IMG/VR virus record: IMGVR_UViG_3300029922_000001
Span: 372,001-436,000 of that record
Reading direction: 5' to 3' (one strand)
Length of the DNA stretch: 64,000 bases
This document shows positions 10,355 through 19,048 of this stretch, piece after piece. The position numbers and the translations under genes were made by a program. Numbering within the stretch: position 1 is the first letter of the stretch; each line of letters opens with the position of its first letter. The notes under the pieces are model-generated. The model saw nothing but the letters and a program-made list of their open reading frames with translations, made no database searches and was not told the origin of the DNA.

Positions 10355-10900
10355 ATGAATGAAAAGAACCAACCTAAGTATTTTGTCAAGTTTACAGGTA
10401 CTTATGACGAATTGGAATCTCTGAATTGGAGATATGGTAAGGCTTTTGCTCGTGAATATGAGTTCTACGCTAAAAATCCTGATGGTTCAAAGCACGGTCA
10501 AGAATTGAGAATTTGGAAACATTATGAAGGCTATGTAGAATTAGATGATTTTCATGATCTTTCTTATGTGTTTTTTCTTGCAATTCAAAATAAAGAGCAT
10601 CTTAATTGGTATCAACCTGCACCAGACAAAAATGGAGTAGAGTTTGGATGTTATTACCTATGGATGAATAAAAAAGAGGGCTATTTAAAAAACTACATCC
10701 CTGGTGACAATCCAAATAGTTTTATTTATAGAGAAGATTGGACTGATGAACAACTCAAAGAATATCACAAAACTTGGAGAGAAGCCAACATTGTCACTGA
10801 AGTTGTAGAAGAAATTGAAATGATGTTTGCAAAAGGAATGATTCAATTGGTTCCTTATGACGAATTTCCAAAGACAGAAATCCCCAATAAGGAAAATTAA
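10355..10900 (+). CDS. hypothetical protein
   Basis: Leaderless behind class-B variant (TACCCAA). Confidence 0.8.
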   Translation: MNEKNQPKYFVKFTGTYDELESLNWRYGKAFAREYEFYAKNPDGSKHGQELRIWKHYEGYVELDDFHDLSYVFFLAIQNKEHLNWYQPAPDKNGVEFGCYYLWMNKKEGYLKNYIPGDNPNSFIYREDWTDEQLKEYHKTWREANIVTEVVEEIEMMFAKGMIQLVPYDEFPKTEIPNKEN

Positions 10901-10915
10901 GGTATACTCTGATCA

Positions 10916-11296
10916 ATGAATAACTATGAAATCGGTAAGAAAGAATACGTATATACTAAAGGTAGTGCTACTTGTACAAGAAGAGTATATGAGGATGATA
11001 AATTTAATCTGTCACTAGGTTCTACAAATGGTTGGACTAAAGATGGACACAGATCAGAACCAACAGCGTGGCTTAGCTTCTGTAATGAAAGTATTATTAT
11101 CTTTGGTAAGGGTTTTGAAGTTGCTAAAAAATGTAAAACCGATGCGGAATATCGAAAATTCTGCGAAAAATCACTGATTCAAACACTAAATAAATACCCT
11201 GATCTACTGTTTACCATGCTTCAAAGAAGTGAAGATAAGGGGATTAGAGAAGGACGACAACAAATTCAAGACCAGTTTAACGCCTTAATGAGATAA
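10916..11296 (+). CDS. hypothetical protein
   Basis: Leaderless behind class-B promoter. Confidence 0.75.
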   Translation: MNNYEIGKKEYVYTKGSATCTRRVYEDDKFNLSLGSTNGWTKDGHRSEPTAWLSFCNESIIIFGKGFEVAKKCKTDAEYRKFCEKSLIQTLNKYPDLLFTMLQRSEDKGIREGRQQIQDQFNALMR

Positions 11297-11298
11297 AT

Positions 11299-11610
11299 AT
11301 GGAAACACCACAACTTAAATCGAAAATTAAAACCGTTATTGAAGTAAACGCATTTGATCTTGATGCATTCGTTAAAAGTGTCTATGGCACTAAAAGCTAT
11401 AGCTTCATTGCTGATAATGAATGTGGTAATGATAGCGTACACACCTTTACAGTGGTTAATGAACAATTAGAAGACTATGAGCAAGACGAACTAAACGAAT
11501 GGAAGGAAAATGATAGTGCAGATAATTATATGACCAGCACACTTCTTCATGACCTTTGCATTAATGGTCATATTCAACCAGGAGAATATATCATCTCGGT
11601 TTGTTGGTAA
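11299..11610 (+). CDS. hypothetical acidic protein
   Basis: ORF track. Confidence 0.7.
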   Translation: METPQLKSKIKTVIEVNAFDLDAFVKSVYGTKSYSFIADNECGNDSVHTFTVVNEQLEDYEQDELNEWKENDSADNYMTSTLLHDLCINGHIQPGEYIISVCW

Positions 11611-11645
11611 ATCCCCAACAAACCAGTTTTAGGTATACTTAAACC

Positions 11646-11858
11646 ATGACAGATGATCAACTTAAACGCTTAAAACGATTAAATAAAAGACAAAGTAAAT
11701 TGACAGATGAAATATTTAATTTATTACAGCCGTTGGTTGAAGAATCATTGACGAATTCCGATGTTGCGAAGCGATTTATTGAACAAACAATTAATATTGA
11801 TATTGCACAATATGATCGAAACACATTAATTCGATTACGTAAAAATGAGGTAAGATAA
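11646..11858 (+). CDS. hypothetical protein (related to 5556-6014)
   Basis: Leaderless behind class-B promoter. Confidence 0.7.
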   Translation: MTDDQLKRLKRLNKRQSKLTDEIFNLLQPLVEESLTNSDVAKRFIEQTINIDIAQYDRNTLIRLRKNEVR

Positions 11859-12188
11859 ATGACACACCCTGGAAAAGAAATTGACGAACTTCAAAGTAAG
11901 ATCACCAAACTGGCAACAAATTATCTAAAGGATCTTGTTGGTCAAATTCAAACTAAGTATCCATTTCTAAAGAATTTCAATAACAGTATGGGTTCTTGGA
12001 GTTTTACTACCCCAAGACCTAATAGTTATAATACATTTACGGAAAGTGATCTTAGGGATAAGGATATCTATTGTGGATGGGATACTGAACCGCACTTGTT
12101 AGAAGTCGTTAATGATCCATTATTTGTGCAATTAGTGGAATACATGGATGAATACTATGACAAGTGTAGCTACATTAGAATGAAGTGA
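11859..12188 (+). CDS. hypothetical protein
   Basis: ORF track. Confidence 0.7.
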   Translation: MTHPGKEIDELQSKITKLATNYLKDLVGQIQTKYPFLKNFNNSMGSWSFTTPRPNSYNTFTESDLRDKDIYCGWDTEPHLLEVVNDPLFVQLVEYMDEYYDKCSYIRMK

Positions 12189-12192
12189 TAAT

Positions 12193-12423
12193 ATGATTGA
12201 ATGGAAAACAAAGGAAGGCAAGCAACAAGGTTATTACAAGGATAAACTTGTTGCTTATGTTCATAAACATGGTGACACGTTTGCCGAACTTTATCCTCAT
12301 GGTTATGCTTGGCTAGTTGGTGTCAGACGATATGAGAAAGTTAAGGATTTTTGTGAAGGGAAAGATTGGTGTAACACTAATTTTGATCCTGTAGAGTTTG
12401 ATAATCATTTCTCAAATAAATAA
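12193..12423 (+). CDS. hypothetical protein
   Basis: ORF track. Confidence 0.6.
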   Translation: MIEWKTKEGKQQGYYKDKLVAYVHKHGDTFAELYPHGYAWLVGVRRYEKVKDFCEGKDWCNTNFDPVEFDNHFSNK

Positions 12424-12431
12424 GGTGAATA

Positions 12432-12746
12432 ATGGAATTAATTAAAGACGAATGGTATCATGTGAACGTTAAAAGAAATACTTATATTTCGATGCGCCAT
12501 AAAATGAAATATAAGCGAAGGCTAGTCAAGGCTAATACTTCTTTTCGCTACTCTCAAGCAGAATTTATTACCAAAGATGGCGATGCTGTGTTTTTTATTC
12601 ATGCCTTTGGGGACTATGGATACGCTTACATTAATGCGAATGATATTAAAATTAAACACATTCCACTAGATGAACTTCACCTTGGGAAAGATTCACATTT
12701 TTCCCAAACAATCAAATTTAAGGTATACTCTGATTATAATGTTTGA
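12432..12746 (+). CDS. hypothetical protein
   Basis: ORF track. Confidence 0.6.
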   Translation: MELIKDEWYHVNVKRNTYISMRHKMKYKRRLVKANTSFRYSQAEFITKDGDAVFFIHAFGDYGYAYINANDIKIKHIPLDELHLGKDSHFSQTIKFKVYSDYNV

Positions 12747-13185
12747 TGTAAGAGATTATTTTAATTCACTTGATAAAGTAGAAGTTATCGTACTTAGACG
12801 ACCTGATTTTCTGGCTGATGATTTTGAATATGAAAGCTATGTTGGATTGGGTATTATGCACAATTGTTTTAAAGAACGTATCATTAAAGATGATATTGTA
12901 AATATCACAATATCATTCCCGGAACGTTGGCTTAATATCATCGAAAGAAGAATGTTGTTTGAAAGAATTTCTTTGTATTATCCAAATCTTAAAACTCTAT
13001 TAATTAAAACACATTGTCCAATTTTAATTGGTTGTGTGCCAAATAAATATGCTTATCTGTTAACCGCAGAAAACGATATTGTGGCAACATCTGGTCGTGG
13101 AGAAAATCATGATAGAGAAACATCTATAGAAGATCCTACGGCGCTTTTTAAGGGAATTTCTGAAGGAAAACTATTTACGGCTTAA
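12739..13185 (+). CDS. hypothetical protein, possible C-terminal half of an ABC/AAA_21 ATPase
   Basis: FPERWLN...LLIKTHCPILI resembles the DEPE..LH...IITTHSP pattern; no Walker A. Confidence 0.4.
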   Translation: MFDVRDYFNSLDKVEVIVLRRPDFLADDFEYESYVGLGIMHNCFKERIIKDDIVNITISFPERWLNIIERRMLFERISLYYPNLKTLLIKTHCPILIGCVPNKYAYLLTAENDIVATSGRGENHDRETSIEDPTALFKGISEGKLFTA

Positions 13186-13203
13186 TTGAGGTATACTAAA
13201 TCC

Positions 13204-13467
13204 ATGAAAACCGCTAAAGAAGCCATACATGTTTTTATTTTTAACCCACAAGATAATGGTGGGGAACAATTATCTTTATCAACGATTTATGCAGATACAG
13301 GTGACCTAATTGATGGACTTTGTATTAATCAAGAATTAGAGTTGCAGTCTTATTGTAATTCCGTATCACTAAATCTAAATGCAGTTTGTTTTACTCCTGA
13401 AAATTTACGAAAACTAGCAGATGAACTAGAAGTATTTCGAATTAAAAACTTCCCAAACAAGGTATAA
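13204..13467 (+). CDS. hypothetical protein
   Basis: ATG 6 nt after GGTATACT. Confidence 0.7.
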   Translation: MKTAKEAIHVFIFNPQDNGGEQLSLSTIYADTGDLIDGLCINQELELQSYCNSVSLNLNAVCFTPENLRKLADELEVFRIKNFPNKV

Positions 13468-13480
13468 TCTTTCTAATCTC

Positions 13481-13855
13481 ATGATTGAAATCTTAAAAAA
13501 TGATTATGCAAAAAATGCATTGATGGCATTAAACCATAATTTGTATCATAATGTAAATTGGGGTTTGAAATCTTCATTGGAAAATCCCCAAAAGAATGAT
13601 TTTGTTATTTTAGCTTTAAATGATAAAATCCCAGTTGGTGTAATATTTGGTAAATACTATCGACATTATGATAGTTACGGATTAAGTATTTATGTAAAAC
13701 CAGAATATAGAAGAATGGGTATAGGCACCTTATTGATTAATGAAAGTAAAAAAATGGTCAACAAGGAACTAATAGGTTATCCTGGTATTGAAGAAAGTGG
13801 TGCATTCTATAAAAAACAAATTAATGTTACAAAATATGGTAGTTGGGCATCTTGA
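13481..13855 (+). CDS. GNAT-family acetyltransferase
   Basis: LSIYVKPEYRRMGIGTLLI. Confidence 0.85.
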   Translation: MIEILKNDYAKNALMALNHNLYHNVNWGLKSSLENPQKNDFVILALNDKIPVGVIFGKYYRHYDSYGLSIYVKPEYRRMGIGTLLINESKKMVNKELIGYPGIEESGAFYKKQINVTKYGSWAS

Positions 13856-13969
13856 TTTTAGATTGCTTTAACTTCCCAATAAGGTATAATAAGCCATGAC
13901 ACAAAACGCCCACAAACTAATAGTAATGGGAATTAAAACCAACAAAACATATAAGGAAATAAAAATATA

Positions 13970-14992
13970 ATGATCAAGTTTTTGGAATATCCGTCAATCG
14001 AACAATTTCGCTCCGTAATTAAAGATTTTAGTCAGGCTGAATTTATTGGTTTAGATGAAGATGGAAATAAAGTTTATGATCGCACTAAACCTAAGCCAAT
14101 TGTTACTTTTAGAGGGACAGTCAAGCTTCACGGAACCAATAGTTGCGTTGCATATCATAATGGTGAAATTGCAATTCAATCTCGTACACAAAATATTACA
14201 CCAGAGAAAGATAATGCTGGATTTGCTTCATTTGTAATGCAACATAAAGAAGCGTTTTTGAATATTTTTGATCAAATTTTAACAAATCATCCTACGGAAA
14301 AAACGATTTATATGTACGCCGAATGGTGCGGTGGCAACATTCAAAAGGGTGTAGCCATTGCTAACCTTCCTAAATCTTTCTTTATCTTTGATATTTGTAT
14401 TTCTGATACAAATGAAGAAGAGATTACTCGTGAGTGGATTGATATTACTCCATATAGAGATATTGATAATGGTATTTATAATATTTTCGATTATCCTAAT
14501 TGGACTATGGATATTGATTTTAATAACCCAGCTTTAAAACAAAATGATCTAATTGATATTACAATTGGAATCGAAGATGAATGCCCAGTTGGTAAAGCTT
14601 TTGGCTTCTCAGGTACGGGTGAAGGTGCTGTATGGTCAGCAATTCATAATGGAAAGCGTTATATCTTTAAGGTTAAAGGTGAAAAGCACTCAGTAAGTAA
14701 AGTAAAAACCTTAGCTAGTGTAGACGTTGAAAAGCTTAACGGAATTAATGAATTCATTGATTATGCTGTTACCGAAAATCGACTAGATCAAGCTATTGAT
14801 ACTGTCTGTAAAAATAGTCTAGATATTCAAAAAATGGGTGATATCATTCGTTGGGTAATGGCAGATGTAATTAAAGAAGAAACCGACACATTAGAATCTA
14901 ATGGACTTACTACTAAAGATGTTACTAGTAAAATCGCAGAAAAAGTTCGTAAAATGGTTAGTCTTCGATTGGATAAACAAAGCGGTTTATAA
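13970..14992 (+). CDS. RNA ligase, Rnl2-like family
   Basis: Motif I VKLHGTN, AEWCG, FFIFDI, GEGAVW, FKVKG. Confidence 0.85.
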   Translation: MIKFLEYPSIEQFRSVIKDFSQAEFIGLDEDGNKVYDRTKPKPIVTFRGTVKLHGTNSCVAYHNGEIAIQSRTQNITPEKDNAGFASFVMQHKEAFLNIFDQILTNHPTEKTIYMYAEWCGGNIQKGVAIANLPKSFFIFDICISDTNEEEITREWIDITPYRDIDNGIYNIFDYPNWTMDIDFNNPALKQNDLIDITIGIEDECPVGKAFGFSGTGEGAVWSAIHNGKRYIFKVKGEKHSVSKVKTLASVDVEKLNGINEFIDYAVTENRLDQAIDTVCKNSLDIQKMGDIIRWVMADVIKEETDTLESNGLTTKDVTSKIAEKVRKMVSLRLDKQSGL

Positions 14993-15038
14993 TTATTTGG
15001 GGAATCCCCAATCGAGAAAATTAAGGTATACTAAGATT

Positions 15039-15275
15039 ATGAAAGATAAATGGGGACAAATAATGTGGTATCGCATCCTAACTTTGATAACTGCTCTTTA
15101 CGGTTTAGGTACACTATTAGCTATATGTGGGGCTGCGTATATAAAACACGGATTTCAAAATTTATATCATATGCCAGCTTGTTTCGCCATTACTATTGTA
15201 CTTTTGACTACATGTGTTTTTGCAGCAAAAAAACTCTTAAAACTTGAGAAAGAATATTTTAGTGATAAACAATGA
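15039..15275 (+). CDS. small membrane protein
   Basis: Leaderless behind class-B promoter; two TM segments. Confidence 0.65.
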   Translation: MKDKWGQIMWYRILTLITALYGLGTLLAICGAAYIKHGFQNLYHMPACFAITIVLLTTCVFAAKKLLKLEKEYFSDKQ

Positions 15276-15715
15276 AACCTAAAGAAAGAATTGAAGAAAG
15301 AATTGAAAAAATAAGAACACCAGAAGAAATAAGAAATGAATTATTTCTTCGTGATCTTCTTATGTGTGGACTTTATAGCCATTTGATGGCACAGGATGTT
15401 ATTACTGTGGAATCTATTAAAAAGCAATTCTATAGTGAACTTAAATTCATGAATTTAAGTTTTTATAAACCTAGACCAGAAGAAGACGCCACTGGTTATG
15501 ATCTTTATGAATTCGATGACGCCAAACTGAACTCATTTACGGAAAACGAACTATTTTTACTTAATGGTATGTGTCATACTATATCCAATATCTATATGGC
15601 TATTAATGATGTAGAAAGACAGGCGCAAAGAGCGCAACAAACAGCCGATAATGCTTATCGTGTTGCTAATGATGCAAGATGTACAGCACAAGTTGCTGGT
15701 GGAAGAACGGTATAA
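15272..15715 (+). CDS. hypothetical protein
   Basis: ORF track. Confidence 0.7.
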   Translation: MKPKERIEERIEKIRTPEEIRNELFLRDLLMCGLYSHLMAQDVITVESIKKQFYSELKFMNLSFYKPRPEEDATGYDLYEFDDAKLNSFTENELFLLNGMCHTISNIYMAINDVERQAQRAQQTADNAYRVANDARCTAQVAGGRTV

Positions 15716-15722
15716 TCAAGTC

Positions 15723-16139
15723 ATGAATGAAGACAATCGACCTAAAGTTGGCGTAGCTGCAATGATTAAGCATAATGGCTGTGTCTTACTTGGATTAAGA
15801 GCAGGTAAAAGAGCTAATGGTAAGTGGGGTTTCCCTGGTGGTCATGTGGAATTCGCAGAACATCCAATTGATGCTATTGTTAGAGAAACGAAAGAAGAAA
15901 CCAATCTAGATGTTATCATTAGTGATAATTGGGATTTAGGATGGGCAAGCAATGTTTTCGAAAACTCACACTACATTACACTTTATATTGGTTGCGAACT
16001 AACTAATCAATGTTGGTCAACTGATGTAGTCAGAATGGAACCAGATAAATTCTCAGAATGGAAATGGTTTGATATTAATGAATTGCCAGATAATTTAATG
16101 TTCGATAATATGTACGAACTTATTAGATCGAACAAATAA
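15723..16139 (+). CDS. Nudix hydrolase (MutT-like)
   Basis: Nudix box GGHVEFAEHPIDAIVRETKEETNL. Confidence 0.9.
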   Translation: MNEDNRPKVGVAAMIKHNGCVLLGLRAGKRANGKWGFPGGHVEFAEHPIDAIVRETKEETNLDVIISDNWDLGWASNVFENSHYITLYIGCELTNQCWSTDVVRMEPDKFSEWKWFDINELPDNLMFDNMYELIRSNK

Positions 16140-16203
16140 ATCCCCAATAGGAGAATTAGAGGTATACTCTAGACAACACAATCAGGAAAATCTTCAAGAA
16201 AGC

Positions 16204-16232
16204 TTGACAAAAGACTTCAAGATAGGTATAAT
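16204..16232 (+). promoter_or_regulatory. consensus sigma70-type promoter
   Basis: TTGACA-17-TATAAT; no ORF downstream. Confidence 0.85.
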
Positions 16233-16256
16233 GAATGAGTAAGAAAGAAAGCAAGC

Positions 16257-16520
16257 GCCCGATAGCTTGGGTTAACGCAGACTTAACAAGTAGATGTCTA
16301 TATTGATTCACTCATTGCGCAATGAGAAGAATAACGGGACACGCTGAATGGAAAATAGATAACTGAGATTAACACAGTTATTTATAAAGAAGACAGTAGC
16401 ATAAAGAGAAAGCAAGTGAGGCTTAGAGTACGTAATGTTAATCACCCTCTAAGATAATGAGTAAGTAACGTAGTGGTGTTTGGTGAGTTTGATGTGTAGG
16501 TTCGATGCCTACATCGGGCT
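16257..16520 (+). ncRNA. tRNA-shaped RNA with ~190-nt insert in the anticodon arm
   Basis: Acceptor GCCCGAT/ATCGGGC; T-arm GTAGG-TTCGATG-CCTAC; stem AGACTTA/TGAGTTT followed by 5-nt GATGT. Confidence 0.7.
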
Positions 16521-16524
16521 CGCG

Positions 16525-17220
16525 TTAAATATGTCTATTGTAAATATTTTTAATTAAATTGTTTACAATAGACCAATATTCATCTTTATGAGATTGAGTT
16601 AAGTGTTTGCATTTAGATGAATCTATAGTACAAAATTCTATTCCATTTTCATTACATAAAATAGATTTTTGTTTGTCATTATTTTGAATTTTATTCAATT
16701 TATCTTGCCCGTAAATTGGTTCATAATGGAAAATACCATTAAGTTCAATAGCTAATTTCAGTGTTGGAAAATAAAAGTCTAATTCTGAATCAATCGCCTT
16801 ATGTTTATTGTATTCACAATTCAACTCTGGGTAATGTAATTGTATTTGTTCTTCAAGATAAACCTCTAATTTAGATCGTCTATTGCCATGTGTTTTGTTT
16901 TTATTGTTGTAGGTGGTGGCGCAACTATGATTACAGAAAAATCTTCCAGTATTTGATTTTTTTATTGCTCCTAATCTTACTGTTATTTTTTTACTACAAC
17001 ATGAACATTCTTTAGGAACTCTATATTTTATACTTTTTTGTGATGTCATGCACCTTGTAGAACAATAAAGTGGTTGATTTCTTTTAAGAGTTTTATTTAT
17101 TTGAGATTTCTTTCTTATAAAATATAAATTACAAGCATAACAAATTAATTCAATTTGAGGATCACCTTTAAATTGATTTAAATATTCTATTGATATATTA
17201 TTAGATAATGGAGTGTTCAT
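16525..17220 (-). CDS. Vsr/DUF559-like endonuclease with Cys-rich Zn-binding N-terminus (free-standing homing-type)
   Basis: ELDFYFPTLKLAIELNGIFHY; multiple CxxC/CxxxC motifs; the only large minus-strand gene. Confidence 0.75.
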   Translation of the reverse strand: MNTPLSNNISIEYLNQFKGDPQIELICYACNLYFIRKKSQINKTLKRNQPLYCSTRCMTSQKSIKYRVPKECSCCSKKITVRLGAIKKSNTGRFFCNHSCATTYNNKNKTHGNRRSKLEVYLEEQIQLHYPELNCEYNKHKAIDSELDFYFPTLKLAIELNGIFHYEPIYGQDKLNKIQNNDKQKSILCNENGIEFCTIDSSKCKHLTQSHKDEYWSIVNNLIKNIYNRHI

Positions 17221-17263
17221 AAATCTATCTTCTTAAAATAATCGAAGATTCCTTTTCGATTCC

Positions 17264-17292
17264 TTGACAGAGTATGAAAAACGAGGTATAAT
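17264..17292 (+). promoter_or_regulatory. consensus sigma70-type promoter
   Basis: TTGACA-17-TATAAT, driving the non-coding block up to 17913. Confidence 0.85.
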
Positions 17293-17483
17293 ACATCCAT
17301 AAGCCAACGAGATAAATATGGTCAAGTTCCGAAATGGGAACCGGAAAGGCTAATTGCATTACCTTCATCGGGTACGAGACGGATATATATACTACGTTGA
17401 TGGTAGGATGAAATTTATTTCATGAATTAGGCTGAACTCCTAATGTATATAATAGGAAAGCTGAAATAATCTTTCCTGCGCAC

Positions 17484-17582
17484 GAGAAAGAAAGCTATAA
17501 GTGGTACATAGAAAGCGCAGAAGTTTCTCTTTAAATTCAATAGAAAAAGAAGAGTGTATAGGTTCGATTCCTATCTTTCTCA
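17484..17582 (+). ncRNA. degenerate tRNA-like element
   Basis: Acceptor GAGAAAG/CTTTCTC; D-arm CTAT-AAGTGGTAC-ATAG; T-arm ATAGG-TTCGATT-CCTAT; no 7-nt anticodon loop. Confidence 0.6.
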
Positions 17583-17591
17583 CGAGAAAAT

Positions 17592-17680
17592 GGGCGTTTG
17601 CCGAAGTTGGTTAACGGCAGTTCCACTATGACATAAAGTTGTAGTGGAGCTGATCAGGGGTTCGAGTCCTCTAGCGCCCA
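17592..17680 (+). ncRNA. tRNA-like RNA with 13-bp extended anticodon stem and 5-nt loop
   Basis: GGGCGTT/AGCGCCC; D-loop AAGTTGGTTAA; GTTCCACTATGAC-ATAAA-GTTGTAGTGGAGC; T-arm AGGGG-TTCGAGT-CCTCT. Confidence 0.75.
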
Positions 17681-17750
17681 CTCCGAGTTGTAACGATGTC
17701 GTAAACCTGTTTAAATGGTAACATACTGGAACGATTTAACGGACAATTCC

Positions 17751-17913
17751 GAGAGGGAAGAATATATAAGCAGTTAGTTAATGGTTATAATAGCATAAAG
17801 TAAGCATGAAGCAATTCATGGGTGAAAGCAGTAGTGAGTTAGAGTCTCAATTATATATTTGTTTAGTAAAGTAGAATTTTAATACAGATTAGTTCGAACC
17901 TACCCTCTCTCCA
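17751..17913 (+). ncRNA. tRNA-like RNA with encoded CCA and expanded D region
   Basis: GAGAGGG/CCCTCTC-T-CCA; TTCGAAC loop; internal stem GAATATATAA/TTATATATTT. Confidence 0.55.
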
Positions 17914-17955
17914 TTTAAAATCCCCCAGCAGACATATTTAAGGTATACTATAATC

Positions 17956-18597
17956 ATGAACCACTACGCTTTTGAATATAATTGTGATTATTACTATGAA
18001 TGTCAACATGGCTCAAGTTGTTGTCAAGATGATTATTGTAGATGCGGTAAGATTGTAGATTTAGTCATTACAAAAGTTCCTAATGAAGAAATAATTAAAG
18101 AACTTAAATCAACATTAAAACCCGGTAAAAGACCTAAGCCTATTTGGTCAGATATAGAGAATTATTGTATCGAAAGATTGTTTGTTATTCATAAACTATA
18201 CAAACCAGAAAAGTACGATATCGCCATAGAAGGTGGTTATTATGGTCAAGAATTAGGTGATGCCTATTTTGCATATAACGATGATGTCAAATTTTATGAT
18301 GATGCAAGAGAAATGTTAGCTCTTAATGATAATGATAAAATTAGATTTATCTTAAATAAGGAATATGGTTATATCTCTGATGATTTAAAAAATACTGAAT
18401 TTTTTATTGAATATATTCAATATAGTGATATCTTAACACCAATTGATCTTCGAAGATGTAATGGTGAATCTTATAGTTATAGCGATATTATTGGAATATA
18501 TAAATTAATTGGTGATAAATATAGAATTATAGACGGTCATCATAGATGGCTTGCCGCTAAAGACGAAACCATAGTTAAGGTAATCTGTTATTTTTGA
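17956..18597 (+). CDS. Cys-rich protein with C-terminal ParB/Srx-like domain
   Basis: YRIIDGHHRWLAA; leaderless behind class-B variant. Confidence 0.7.
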   Translation: MNHYAFEYNCDYYYECQHGSSCCQDDYCRCGKIVDLVITKVPNEEIIKELKSTLKPGKRPKPIWSDIENYCIERLFVIHKLYKPEKYDIAIEGGYYGQELGDAYFAYNDDVKFYDDAREMLALNDNDKIRFILNKEYGYISDDLKNTEFFIEYIQYSDILTPIDLRRCNGESYSYSDIIGIYKLIGDKYRIIDGHHRWLAAKDETIVKVICYF

Positions 18598-18727
18598 AAA
18601 CTTCCCCAACAGACAAAAACTAAAAATGGAAATGGATTGCGACAACTCGAAGCTACTAGAATTTTTCAAGGTGCTAATGAAACACAACTTGAAATGATTA
18701 GACTTATGTGTGAGAATCTAAGAGAAC

Positions 18728-19048
18728 ATGAATAGTTATAAATTTATACAAGACTGGATTCAAGACGGATTCAGTATTCGTAAAGGTGTAGTCATTAGAG
18801 GCGATCTGATCGTTACTGAAACTACTGTGAGCATTAAAGGCTCAGAAAGCTTTAAAGATATTCCTATTGATATTCTTGAAGGACATCAAGATGTAGTCTA
18901 TGCTAAGAAACAGAAAATTAAAAAAACGAAAGAAAGAAAACAACAGGTAAAGAAAACCGCTGAAGAATCTGCAAGAATTTCAAGCAGAATTGATTTGTTG
19001 GCTGAAAATCTATTGACACCTACTGAAAATGTGGTACACTCTGCTTAA
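18728..19048 (+). CDS. hypothetical protein
   Basis: ORF track. Confidence 0.65.
   Translation: MNSYKFIQDWIQDGFSIRKGVVIRGDLIVTETTVSIKGSESFKDIPIDILEGHQDVVYAKKQKIKKTKERKQQVKKTAEESARISSRIDLLAENLLTPTENVVHSA

Noticed and set aside
16257-16520. Calling this a standard tmRNA or a group I intron-containing tRNA
   Set aside because: No G3:U70 pair, no convincing tag ORF and no recognisable P7 (R/S) consensus. Kept as an unassigned tRNA-like RNA.
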